Shown here: positions 11,760 to 23,760 of the stretch, in pieces | How the letters are laid out: each line of letters opens with the position of its first letter | Position numbering within the stretch: position 1 is the first letter of the stretch | From: Octopus bimaculoides | Lineage: Eukaryota | Direction: 5' to 3' | Assembly (NCBI RefSeq): GCF_001194135.2 | Contig: NC_069005.1 | Location: 6,464,776-6,501,623 of the forward strand | Length of the DNA stretch: 36,848 nucleotides | The notes under the pieces: model-generated | Seen by the model: only the letters and a program-made list of their open reading frames with translations | Databases searched by the model: none | What the model was told of the DNA's origin: nothing | Translations under genes and position numbers: made by a program

Positions 11760-12480
11760 TCCTTTGTTTTCCTGAGAGATGCTACCCCCACAATATGTGC
11801 CTTAATCTCTACATGATTCTCTTAAAAAATGCACTTTAATCTTAATCCCCCAAAAGTGCCTTAATCTCTACACAATTCTCTTAAAAATGTACTTTAATTT
11901 TAATCTTTACTCTTAATCTTTAATCTCACAAAATGTGCCCTTGTCTCTACTCCATTGTCTTTTAAAATGTGCTTTAATTTTAATACTTTATCCCCCAGAA
12001 CGTGCTCTAAATTCTACCCAATTCCCATAAATGTTTTAATCTTAATTCTTAATCTTCCAAAATGTGCCTTAATCTTGACCCAATTCTATCGAGTGTGCTT
12101 TAACCCTTTGGTGTTTAAGCCGGTCATATCCGGCCCAAATATCCTATATGATTTACATTCAAACTGGCCATATCTAGCCTCTCACACCTAACCTACATTG
12201 ACATTCTAAGAGTAAACTATCACACCATCGAAACTTCAAAGCTGTAAGATAATGTATGATTAATTCAAAACAATTTGAGTGAAAAAAGTATTACATTTAA
12301 CAGATTAATCTGAACACTAAAGGGTTAATCTTATTCCATTATCCACCAAAATGTGCCTTAATTTTCACCTGATTCTCTAAAAGAATATGCTTTAATCTTG
12401 AACTCCCTGGATATCCCTTAAGATTTCTTGTGTCCCTCTCCAAGACATTGCCTTAATCTGTGGTCTTTAATCTGTGCTTT
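11760..12480. repeat. Degenerate AT-rich minisatellite (core aaatgtgccttaatct) interrupted by a MITE
   Basis: The core recurs many times at 11760-12100 and 12325-12480. Confidence 0.7.
12104..12324. mobile_element. piggyBac-like MITE P1, complete (221 bp)
   Basis: TTAA|CCCTTTGGTGTTTA ... TGAACACTAAAGGG|TTAA. Confidence 0.9.
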
Positions 12481-12743
12481 AACCCTTTAATATTCAGATT
12501 ACCCAGCATCATATGCTTAATGATTCACATTGTTGTGAATTAATCCTACATTATCCCCCAGATTTGGGATTTTGATGTAATTGTCTTTTTTAGAATGGCA
12601 TCATCCCCTTTCCATACAAATTTCAGGCCTTATGCATATAATAGAAGGAGAGAAAATTTCAAAAAATTCACGTGTGTGTGTGTGGTGTGCATATGTGTGT
12701 GTATGAATGCTTGGTGTGTATATATATATATATATATATATGT

Positions 12744-12965
12744 TACTCTTTTACTTGTTTCAGTCATTTGACTGTGGCCATGCTGGAGCACTGCCTTTAG
12801 TCGAGTAAATCGATCCCAGGACTTATTCTTTGTAAGTCTAGTACTTATTCTATCGGTTTCTTTTACCGAACCGCTAAGTTACGGGGACGTAAACACACCA
12901 GCATTGGTTGTCAAGCGATGCTGGGGGGACAAACACAGACACACAAACATATACACACACATACA
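12744..12965 (-). mobile_element. SINE family A, 3' half
   Basis: Reverse complement of the family A tail (ttacttgtttcagtcatttgactgtggccatgctggagcac). Confidence 0.85.
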
Positions 12966-13157
12966 TATGTATATATCTTCACCATGATAGATCGCCAACC
13001 ACTACACACATTTTTTTCTCTCCTTATTTCTTTCTGTGGAAGAGCGTAGGCTCAAAACGATAAAGACTTTTTCAATTCCCGAGCGTTATACTAATACATC
13101 TATCTGTTTTCTACACCACCTGTCTTTGTCTGTTGTCTTTTTTTGTGAATTCTCCCT

Positions 13158-13190
<33 letters not shown>

Positions 13191-13942
13191 TATANNNNNN
13201 NNNNNNNNNNNNNNNNNNNNNNNNNNNNNNNNNNNNNNNNNNNNNNNNNNNNNNNNNNNNNNNNNNNNNNNNNNNNNNNNNNNNNNNNNNNNNNNNNNNN
13301 NNNNNNNNNNNNNNNNNNNNNNNNNNNNNNNNNNNNNNNNNNNNNNNNNNNNNNNNNNNNNNNNNNNNNNNNNNNNNNNNNNNNNNNNNNNNNNNNNNNN
13401 NNNNNNNNNNNNNNNNNNNNNNNNNNNNNNNNNNNNNNNNNNNNNNNNNNNNNNNNNNNNNNNNNNNNNNNNNNNNNNNNNNNNNNNNNNNNNNNNNNNN
13501 NNNNNNNNNNNNNNNNNNNNNNNNNNNNNNNNNNNNNNNNNNNNNNNNNNNNNNNNNNNNNNNNNNNNNNNNNNNNNNNNNNNNNNNNNNNNNNNNNNNN
13601 NNNNNNNNNNNNNNNNNNNNNNNNNNNNNNNNNNNNNNNNNNNNNNNNNNNNNNNNNNNNNNNNNNNNNNNNNNNNNNNNNNNNNNNNNNNNNNNNNNNN
13701 NNNNNNNNNNNNNNNNNNNNNNNNNNNNNNNNNNNNNNNNNNNNNNNNNNNNNNNNNNNNNNNNNNNNNNNNNNNNNNNNNNNNNNNNNNNNNNNNNNNN
13801 NNNNNNNNNNNNNNNNNNNNNNNNNNNNNNNNNNNNNNNNNNNNNNNNNNNNNNNNNNNNNNNNNNNNNNNNNNNNNNNNNNNNNNNNNNNNNNNNNNNN
13901 NNNNNNNNNNNNNNNNNNNNNNNNNNNNNNNNNNNNNNNNNN

Positions 13943-14260
13943 CAGGATCTATTTTGTTTCCCTGGGCAACGCCCACTCCATCCTACAACAGAACCCGTTG
14001 TGTATCTCTGGAAAGGTTCACTTCATCTTAGGACAGGACCTGTTTTGTTTCCCTGGGCAACGCCCACTACATCCTACATCAGAGCCCATTGTGTATCTCT
14101 GGACAGGTCCATTTCATCTTAGGACAGGATCTATTTTGTTTCCCTGGGCAACGCCCACTCCATCCTACAACAGAACCCGTTGTGTATCTCTGGAAAGGTC
14201 CACTTCATCTTAGGACAGGACCTGTTTTGTTTCCCTGGGCAAGGCCCACTACATCTTAGG
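13943..14260. repeat. 91-bp tandem repeat with alternating A/B variants
   Basis: Unit starts at 13943, 14034, 14125 and 14216. Units 1 and 3 share gatctatt/ctcc/acaacagaaccc; units 2 and 4 share gacctgtt/ctac. Confidence 0.9.
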
Positions 14261-14954
14261 ACAACCCTCACAGTCTGTCTTCAGCTATAGTGTAGCTATA
14301 TTCAGCTAGGATTACATCATCCTCAGTGTGTAAGAGCTCATCTCCTTTTTAGGATGCTACAGTGCGTGTGTGTGATTTGAGAGAGTGTCGGGCTGTTATT
14401 TGTAGCAGGTCAAGCAACTGTGTAAAGGCCCCCCCCCCCNNNNNNNNNNNNNNNNNNNNNNNNNNNNNNNNNNNNNNNNNNNNNNNNNNNNNNNNNNNNN
14501 NNNNNNNNNNNNNNNNNNNNNNNNNNNNNNNNNNNNNNNNNNNNNNNNNNNNNNNNNNNNNNNNNNNNNNNNNNNNNNNNNNNNNNNNNNNNNNNNNNNN
14601 NNNNNNNNNNNNNNNNNNNNNNNNNNNNNNNNNNNNNNNNNNNNNNNNNNNNNNNNNNNNNNNNNGTCCCTCTTTGGCTTGGCTGCTCTTACAAGCAAAA
14701 GTATGTTCCAGATGCTGACCTTATTCGTGTAACACAGGATGTTAGTTATATAGAGAGGTCCAACTTTGTATGTACTGAAAGGATGACCTACATTCTGATC
14801 CTGCCACACGTGCGCACACTCGTGCACGCACACACAGACACGCTCTCTCATACGTGCTAAAGAAACCCTCAACCTCATATCATTGATGACTCTTATTCGC
14901 ACACAAACTTAGACATTCACTCAGGCTCACAGCAATTTTAACCATTATGAACAC

Positions 14955-15170
14955 GGACGGTGAGCTGGCTGAATTGTGGCCCCATTGTGACCCCCAATAC
15001 ATAGTGGCTTTTCATCCGGTTTTACATTCCAAGTTCAAACTCTGCCACAGTCAACCTTGTTTTGCATCCTTTCAGGGTTCATAGAATAAGTATCTGTCGA
15101 ACAGTTGGGTCAATTTAATCAATTAGCCCCTTCCAACAAATGTCAGGCTTTGCGCCTATAGGGAAAGAAA
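14955..15170 (+). mobile_element. SINE family B, decayed
   Basis: ggtgagctggctgaat...caagttcaaactctgcc...catcctttcagggt. Confidence 0.65.
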
Positions 15171-15345
15171 TTTTTCAAAAAGTATTAGACACACACACAC
15201 ACATAAAATCTCATAAAAATTCACATATATATATATACACATGAATGCACACATACACACACACTCAAACATGCATTTCTATGTTAATACATACCCCTAC
15301 ATAAATACTCACACCTGCACAAACACATGCAAGTACATATGCGGA

Positions 15346-15785
15346 CAAGGCTGTCTTAGTGGAATTATGGGTCCCCTTGGCAAATCAGTGTGCTGAGCCC
15401 TAGATTAATGACAGCAAGCCACAGCATACATAGATCAGAATTGGGCCCCTAGATGCATGAAGCCCCCACACAAATCGATGCACTGGCCCCTATAGTTATT
15501 TATTGATAGCAAGCCAAAGTATACAAAGATCAGAATTGGACCCCTAGATCCGTGAGGCCCTTTGGAAAATCAATGAACTGAGCCCTATAGTATTTGACAG
15601 CAAACCATTACATAGATCAGACTGAAGCCCCTAAATCCGTAAGGTCCCCAGGCAAGTCAATGTACTGGGCCCTATAGTATTTATTTGTCAGCAAGCCACA
15701 ACATACACAGATCAAGATTGGGGTCCCTAAACCCATGAGGCCCCTGGGCAACTGCCTGTGTGCTCATGCCTTCAGGACAGCACTG
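15346..15785. mobile_element. TIR-bounded non-autonomous element with about 4.5 internal 91-95-bp repeats
   Basis: Ends caaggctgtctt...aggacagcactg; repeat core acagcaagcc at 15411, 15506, 15597 and 15688. A homologue lies at 29975-30294. Confidence 0.65.
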
Positions 15786-17183
15786 TATGGGACACATGTA
15801 GACAGCCATGTAGACTTTTATGTGGACACATATTCTGTTGCACTTTCCTGCAGAGACATCTGCACTCAGCTGGACACTCGTCCAAACGCACTCAAAGTGT
15901 AACTACACTTGCACTGTCACACAAACACACTCTTGTGTTTTCACACAAACACACTCTTGTGTTGACTCGCTCGCACACAAAACACGCTTGTTCCTTTTGA
16001 AAAAGGAAAAGAGAAAAAAAAAAGCTCACGTCAGTTCTAGTGTGCACACACGCAACACACTCTTTCTCTCTCTCTCTCTCCCTCCCTCCTTCACACACTT
16101 AGACATTCATGACACATGCTCTCTCACAAACACACACATGCTCTCACACACAGACACACACACACACACACACNNNNNNNNNNNNNNNNNNNNNNNNNNN
16201 NNNNNNNNNNNNNNNNNNNNNNNNNNNNNNNNNNNNNNNNNNNNNNNNNNNNNNNNNNNNNNNNNNNNNNNNNNNNNNNNNNNNNNNNNNNNNNNNNNNN
16301 NNNNNNNNNNNNNNNNNNNNNNNNNNNNNNNNNNNNNNNNNNNNNNNNNNNNNNNNNNNNNNNNNNNNNNNNNNNNNNNNNNNNNNNNNNNNNNNNNNNN
16401 NNNNNNNNNNNNNNNNNNNNNNNNNNNNNNNNNNNNNNNNNNNNNNNNNNNNNNNNNNNNNNNNNNNNNNNNNNNNNNNNNNNNNNNNNNNNNNNNNNNN
16501 NNNNNNNNNNNNNNNNNNNNNNNNNNNNNNNNNNNNNNNNNNNNNNNNNNNNNNNNNNNNNNNNNNNNNNNNNNNNNNNNNNNNNNNNNNNNNNNNNNNN
16601 NNNNNNNNNNNNNNNNNNNNNNNNNNNNNNNNNNNNNNNNNNNNNNNNNNNNNNNNNNNNNNNNNNNNNNNNNNNNNNNNNNNNNNNNNNNNNNNNNNNN
16701 NNNNNNNNNNNNNNNNNCTCTCTCTCACACACACACCCTTCCAAATTCTTGAGAAAACTCTCTTTCCACTCAAACCATTTTCGAGTGCTTAGTGTACACA
16801 TAACCCAATTAGAAAGAATTACATCTCTCTTAAAGTTCACCGTAGTTTAATTAGTAATAATTATTATTGGTTAATGACAGACCCAGCAGAGCATCATACT
16901 AAATAACCCTGCAGCATATTACTCATATACCTTAAGATTCTGGGTTCAAGTACAGCCGAGATTGACTTCAACTTTTTTACTTTAGGTTTTAATGAAGGTG
17001 TGTGGCATAGTGGTTAGTGTGTTCAGCTCACAATCGTAGGGTCTTGAGTTCAATTCCCAGCATTGTATCCTTGTGCAAGATGCTTTATTTCACATAGTTC
17101 CAGTCTACTCAGCTGCTATCCTATTAAGGGGTAATGTTGTTTTAGTCACTTACACGCCATAGAAACCAGGTTACTGGTCCTAG

Positions 17184-17282
17184 GAGTCCTTGGCACTCAA
17201 GACAGTTGTGAGTCTTGGCTCTCGAGACAGTTGTGAGTCTTGACTTTCAAGACAGTTGTGAGTCTTGGCACTCAAGACAATT
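17184..17282. repeat. 25-bp minisatellite, about 4 copies, each with an internal hairpin
   Basis: The gagtcttggcactcaagacagttgt unit contains the inverted pair gtcttg/caagac. Confidence 0.85.
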
Positions 17283-17334
17283 GGAATGCTCATTATTGTA
17301 ACTGACAGTGTGTCAGGCCTATTTTAGGTTTAAG

Positions 17335-17495
17335 GTGCTGGCATGGCTGTGTGGTAAGACGTTTGCTTCCCAACCACATGGTTCTGGGTTCAACCCCCTA
17401 CATTGCACTTTGGGCAAGTGTCTTCTTTTATAACCTAAAACTGACCAAAGCTTTGTGAGTGGATTTGGTAGATGGAAACTTAAAAAAGGCTGTCG
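17335..17495 (+). mobile_element. SINE family A, 5' half
   Basis: gcatggctgtgtggtaag...ttgggcaagtgtcttct...ggatttggtagatggaaac. Confidence 0.75.
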
Positions 17496-17809
17496 TGTGA
17501 GTTATTCCTTTTTGGAACATTGGCTCTTGAGGTACATCACATAAAGCTATACTTAAGAGCATCTAAATATATTTGGTTGAAAAACACCTTTTGGTTAGAA
17601 AAATTCAAAGACTACCTGCAGGACTTGAACCCACATTTTCTGTTTACTTGGCAGAGGTTACACCGTTGGAGCAAAACAATCCCTTGAATTTTTCTATTCG
17701 TTTCAGACACTTTAATCTTACCATTGAGAATTATACAGGTTGGACCAAAAGCCACGCACCATAACATTTGACATTTTATTTATGTTATTATTATTATTAT
17801 TATTATTAA

Positions 17810-18283
17810 AGTGGTGAGCTGGCAAAATGGTTAGCACACCAGGTGAAATGCTTTGCGGTGTTTTGTCTGTCGCTACATTCTGAGTTCAAATTCCGCCAAG
17901 TGGGGTCAATTAAATAAGTACCAGTCATGTCAAAAATTAAATGCACCCTTTTAAAGCCTAGCCAGGCTCATGGGCCCAGTTTCCTGGTTTCAATGGTGTA
18001 TGTGTTCCCCAGCTGGACGGGACACCAGTCCATTGCAGCGTTACTCATTTTTGCCAGCTGAGTGGAACTGGAGCAACATGAAATGAAGTGTTTTGCTCAA
18101 GAACACAACGCGTTGCCTAGTCCAGGAATCGAAACCACAATCTTACGATCATGATGCTGACACCCTAACCACTAAGCCACGCGCCTCCACACCAGTCATG
18201 TACTGGGGTCAATGTAATCAACTTACTCTCTTCCCCGAAATGTTCAGGCCTTGTGTCTTTAGTAGAAAGAATTATTATTGTTA

Positions 18284-18329
<46 letters not shown>

Positions 18330-18693
18330 GACAGCGGGCTGGCAGAGTCGTTAGCATGCTGAGCAAAATGCTCAGCAGCATTTTGTCTGTCTTCACGTTC
18401 TGAGTTCAAATTCCATNNNNNNNNNNNNNNNNNNNNNNNNNNNNNNNNNNNNNNNNNNNNNNNNNNNNNNNNNNNNNNNNNNNNNNNNNNNNNNNNNNNN
18501 NNNNNNNNNNNNNNNNNNNNNNNNNNNNNNNNNNNNNNNNNNNNNNNNNNNNNNNNNNNNNNNNNNNNNNNNNNNNNNNNNNNNNNNNNNNNNNNNNNNN
18601 NNNNNNNNNNNNNNNNNNNNNNNNNNNNNNNNNNNNNNNNNNNNNNNNNNNNNNNNNNNNNNNNNNNNNNNNNNNNNNGAATTATTATTGTTA

Positions 18694-18738
<45 letters not shown>

Positions 18739-19161
18739 GGTGGCAAGCTGACAGAATCATGAGCATGCCAGGCAAAATGCTGACTGGCATTTTGTCCATC
18801 TTCATGTTCTGAGTTCAAATTCTGCTGAGGTCAACTTTGCCTTTCATTCTTTTGGGGTCGATAAATTAAATACCAATGAATCACTCAGTTTGGTGTAATC
18901 AACTAGGCCCCTTCCATCCAAAATTTCAGGCCTATGTGCCCTATAATAGAAAGGATTATCATTGTTGTTGTTGATATTGTTAGCGCAATGGGCAAAATGC
19001 TTAGCGGCATATCATTCGTCTTTACATTTGGAGTTCAGATTCAGCCAAGGTAGACTTATCCTTTAATCCTTTCAGGGTCTGTAAAATTAGCACCAGATGA
19101 GCACTGGGGTCGTTATAATTGACTTACTCTGCTCTCCTGAAGTTGCTGGCCTTGTGCCAAA

Positions 19162-19170
<9 letters not shown>
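17810..19170 (+). mobile_element. Head-to-tail array of about 4 family B SINEs separated by (ATT)n
   Basis: Copies at 17810-18280 (interrupted), 18330-18416 (runs into a gap), 18739-18960 and 18980-19170. Confidence 0.8.
17931..18190 (-). mobile_element. Family C SINE inserted into a family B SINE
   Basis: Flanked by the 11-bp TSD accagtcatgt (17920-17930, 18191-18201). Confidence 0.9.
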
Positions 19171-19199
<29 letters not shown>

Positions 19200-20061
19200 G
19201 ATAGCCTAACTACATCTCGGTTCTGATCAAGCAGATATTGTGACGAGATGCATTTCTGTGTCTCTCTCTTTGTGTGTTTGTTCTCCCCCACCAAAAAAAA
19301 TCATTGCATCATAGCCGGTGTTGGTGTGTTTACGTCCATGTAACTTAGCGGTTCAGCAAAGAGACTGATAGAGTAAGCAAGTACTGGGCTTAAAAAGTAA
19401 GTCCAGGGATTTGAATTGTTTGACCGCAGTCAAATGACCGAAACAAGTAAAAGAATAAAAAAGGGTCCGTAGGCAAAAGACGGTTGAGAAGCACTGGGTT
19501 AAAGAAAAAAAGCCGTGAAGGCGGTGCTCCAGCATGGCCACAGTCCAGTTTACTGAAGCCAGTAAAAAGACAGCAGATATTTCCAGGCAGTCTGTGTGCG
19601 CTGTCGCAGAGAGAGAGGCCTGCAGAGGCCTCCCCTCGTTGGTTGGCGGTGCTGTCTGTGGTGGTGGTGACGGTGGTGGTAGTGGTGGAAGTAAGAAGGT
19701 AGCAGTGACTGGACTTAAATTGCCTTTTTGCCAGTGTTGTTGTTGTTGTTGTTGTATTTAGTTTAAATGCCCCCCCCCCCTTTCTGCTTTTCTCACTTCA
19801 AGAAACTATTTTTCTCTAAAGTTCAACACAGTCTAAATTTGTCTAACATTTAACATGACGGCAATTAGGAACACTTTGTTGGTTTCTGGTTTTTTTTTTA
19901 CTTATTTTTTTATTTTCTTTCCTTTTTTTTTATTTTTGTTGTATTTTTGTTTGGTTTTTTTTTTTTTTGTTTCTCCACTCATTTACTCCTTTTTATTTGT
20001 TATTTTATTATTTTTTTTTTGGTATTGTTCATTTACACTTTTGTTCTTTTTTTCCTTTTTT

Positions 20062-20249
20062 TTACTTGTTTCAGTCATTAGACTGCGGCCATGCTGGGGT
20101 ACTGCCTTCAAGGATTTTTAGGCAAATAAATCAACCCCAGTATTTTGTTTGTTTATTTATTTATTTATTTTATTTTATTTTACATTTTTAAAGCCTGGTA
20201 CTTATTCTATCAGTCACTTTTGCTGAACTGCCAAGTTACAGGGACATAA

Positions 20250-20292
<43 letters not shown>

Positions 20293-20415
20293 TACGCATG
20301 ACAGGCTTCATTCGGTTTCTGTCTACCAAATCCCACTCATTAGGCTATAGAAGACACTTGTCCAAAGTGCCATGCGGTGGGACTGAACCCAGAACCATGT
20401 GGTTGGGAAGCAACA
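20062..20415 (-). mobile_element. SINE family A, near full length
   Basis: Reverse complement, colinear with 4184-4637. Confidence 0.85.
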
Positions 20416-20577
20416 CCAGCTCCTATATAATAATTTATGGATTTCTTTGTGGGGTATTTTTTTTTTGTGGCGGGTTTGGTGGATAATGAGGGTAAAATTT
20501 TTTTAANNNNNNNNNNTTTTTACTTCATACAATCAGTTCTTACTTTTAATCATTATTTAAGTTAATAATATTGATTT

Positions 20578-20780
20578 CAAATTTTGGCACAAGGCCAGCA
20601 ATTTCGGGGAAAGGAATAAATCGATAGCATCGACCCTGATGCTCAACTGGTACTTATTTTATTGGTCCCCAAAAGAATGAAAGGCAAAGCTGACCTTGCT
20701 GGAATTTGAACTCAGAATGCAAGGACAAACAAAGTGTCGCTATGCATTTTGTCCAGTATGTTCACAAGTCTGCCAACTTT
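20578..20780 (-). mobile_element. SINE family B
   Basis: ggtacttattttattggtcccc..gaatgaaaggcaaagctgacc...ggaatttgaactcagaatg. Confidence 0.8.
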
Positions 20781-20793
20781 CCACCTTGTTTCA

Positions 20794-21015
20794 CCCTTTT
20801 GTTACCATATTTCTGTTGAGATGCTCTGTGTTTCTTTCAATTAATTTTAAATATAACAAAGAATTTAGTAAAATAACTTAGTTATCATTAAGCTAACGTT
20901 AGGAACATAAATTGTGACTAAGGTTTGAGGGAAGATTTTAATTCAAAACCTATGAAAACAAGACATTTGTACTAGAGACCCAGAGGTGGTTTCAACCAGG
21001 TTGGTCTCGAAAGGG
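20794..21015. mobile_element. piggyBac-like MITE family P2, copy 1
   Basis: ttca|CCCTTTTGTTAC ... CGAAAGGG|TTAA, colinear with the next copy. Confidence 0.8.
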
Positions 21016-21046
21016 TTAAGAATTGCTTCTCTATTATATATTTTAA

Positions 21047-21260
21047 CCCTTTCGTTACTGTATTTATTTTGAGGTGCTCTGTGTTTCTTTCAATTACTTT
21101 AAATATAACAAAGAATTTAGTAAAATAACTTAGTTATCATTAAGCTAGTGTTAGGAACATAAATTGTGACTAAGGTTTGGTGGAAGATCTTAATTCAAGA
21201 CTTATGAAAACAAAACATTTGTATTCAGAGCTGGTTTCAGCTGGGTTGATAACAAAAGGG
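21047..21260. mobile_element. piggyBac-like MITE family P2, copy 2
   Basis: TTAA|CCCTTTCGTTAC ... ATAACAAAAGGG|TTAA. Confidence 0.9.
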
Positions 21261-22093
21261 TTAATGCAAGTAGAAAATATTTTTTGTAAAAAAATGTTAT
21301 GAACTCTGATGGTCAAAGTAACGGGTCACCCACTTTATGCTGTTNNNNNNNNNNNNNNNNNNNNNNNNNNNNNNNNNNNNNNNNNNNNNNNNNNNNNNNN
21401 NNNNNNNNNNNNNNNNNNNNNNNNNNNNNNNNNNNNNNNNNNNNNNNNNNNNNNNNNNNNNNNNNNNNNNNNNNNNNNNNNNNNNNNNNNNNNNNNNNNN
21501 NNNNNNNNNNNNNNNNNNNNNNNNNNNNNNNNNNNNNNNNNNNNNNNNNNNNNNNNNNNNNNNNNNNNNNNNNNNNNNNNNNNNNNNNNNNNNNNNNNNN
21601 NNNNNNNNNNNNNNNNNNNNNNNNNNNNNNNNNNNNNNNNNNNNNNNNNNNNNNNNNNNNNNNNNNNNNNNNNNNNNNNNNNNNNNNNNNNNNNNNNNNN
21701 NNNNNNNNNNNNNNNNNNNNNNNNNNNNNNNNNNNNNNNNNNNNNNNNNNNNNNNNNNNNNNNNNNNNNNNNNNNNNNNNNNNNNNNNNNNNNNNNNNNN
21801 NNNNNNNNNNNNNNNNNNNNNNNNNNNNNNNNNNNNNNNNNNNNNNNNNNNNNNNNNNNNNNNNNNNNNNNNNNNNNNNNNNNNNNNNNNNNNNNNNNNN
21901 NNNNNNNNNNNNNNNNNNNNNNNNNNNNNNNNNNNNNNNNNNNNNNNNNNNNNNNNNNNNNNNNNNNNNNNNNNNNNNNNNNNNNNNNNNNNNNNNNNNN
22001 NNNNNNNNNNNNNNNNNNNNNNNNNNNNNNNNNNNNNNNNNNNNNNNNNNNNNNNNNNNNNNNNNNNNNNNNNNNNNNNNNNNNNNNNNNNNN

Positions 22094-23070
22094 GTGTTAC
22101 GTGCACAAATATACGAGCATGTGCTAAATGCATATGCACACACGTGCATGCATATACAGTGCATGTGCATACATACATACACACACATTTAGATGTGCAT
22201 GCATATGCATACACATGCATGGGTAGACACATAGATGTACATGCACAGGCAATGCATGTGTGCATGCATAAAACATGCACACATGCAAATGGCAACACTC
22301 TGTTTCTCTCTCTGTCTCTCTCTCTCTCCATTCATTCATTTGCACTCTCACTTATTCTCAGTCACTCACGCTCAATCACTGATGTGCATACACACACACA
22401 CATGCATAGTCACTCTCTATCTATCTCATATATTTGCATTCACACTCATTCTCACTCACCCTCATCCACATACTCATTCACCAATGTGCATACACACACA
22501 CACACACACGCACACACATTCACCATAGTTCATACAGACACCCAGGCACTCATTCACTTGATGCGTGTATGCACACACACACACACACAGATGTGCATAC
22601 ACACATACACTGATGTGCATACGCACACACACACACAGATGTGCATACACACATACACTGATGTGCACACACGCACACACACACTCATTCACTGATGTCC
22701 ACACACACACTCATTCACTGATGTCCACACACACACTCATTCACTGATGTGCACACACACACTCATTCACTGATGTGCATACACACATACATACACACAC
22801 ACACTCATTCNNNNNNNNNNCACACACACACACAGATGTGCATACACACATACACTGATGTGCACACACGCACACACACACACTCATTCACTGATGTGCA
22901 CACACACACTCATTCACTGATGTGCATACACACATACATACACACACACACTCATTCGCTGATGTGCATACACACATACATACACACACACTCAATCACT
23001 GATGTGCATACGCACACGCACACACTCAATCACTGATGTGCATACACGTGCACACGCTCACTCATTCATG
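22094..23070. repeat. CA-rich minisatellite (cacacactcattcactgatgtg-type units)
   Basis: Directly visible. Confidence 0.9.
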
Positions 23071-23334
23071 CATTCTTGCACACAGATCCGCTCTTGTATT
23101 AGTTCTTGACATTCTGAGTTCAGATTCCTGCTCCAACTCTCACTTTCGTTGTGGTGGTGGTGGTGGTGGTGGTGGGACAGTGAGACCTTGGGGATGGTAA
23201 CCCTTCCATGTCAGATACCATGACGCAATAACTGCAGCAATGACGCAGTCACTGCAACATATATAAATGGGGGATCTTGTAGAAAGCAGGATAAATGTTA
23301 GGACAGACGACGGACCAAACTGTCATTTTTAGAT

Positions 23335-23520
23335 TGTGTCATCGTCATCATTTTAGTGTCCACTTTTCCAAACTCACTTTTGGGTCAGGTGGGATTTTGT
23401 TGAGGCAGATTTTCTACAACCTGATGCCCTTCCTGTCGCCAACCCTTATCTGTTTCCAAGTAAGATAATATTTCCCCGTGGCCAACAAAAGATAGGGAAT
23501 AAAGGACACTGCTAGCGTTT
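23335..23520 (-). mobile_element. RTE-type 3' UTR/tail fragment
   Basis: gatgcccttcctgtcgccaaccc and ccacttttcca...(cat)n, the reverse complement of the 35334-35540 motif set. Confidence 0.65.
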
Positions 23521-23760
23521 CCAGCTATCACACAATGCTAAGGCAAGGAGTCAGTAACATACACACACACACACGCAAACACAACCACATTTGCAAATAC
23601 ATGGACACACACACACACACAAACAAACACATAATAGGCTACACAGCAGGACTGAACCCAGGACCATAGAGTTGGGAAACAAGCTTCCTACCACATGAGC
23701 TTCTTTCAATTTCTGTCTGCTAAATCCACCCACAAGGCTTTGATCCATCTGAGACTATAG

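Noticed and set aside
17184-17282. CRISPR-like array (also considered for 13943-14260)
   Set aside because: There are no unique spacers or cas genes, and the context is eukaryotic.
17707-17764. Exon after the strong-looking acceptor tttctattcgtttcag
   Set aside because: The peptide (HFNLTIENYTGW...) has no PTEN or other recognisable similarity and the donor is weak.
18275-18820. Near-duplicate (ATT)n plus SINE head on both sides of a gap
   Set aside because: It could be two haplotypes or two real copies; this cannot be resolved here, so it is not treated as a duplication.
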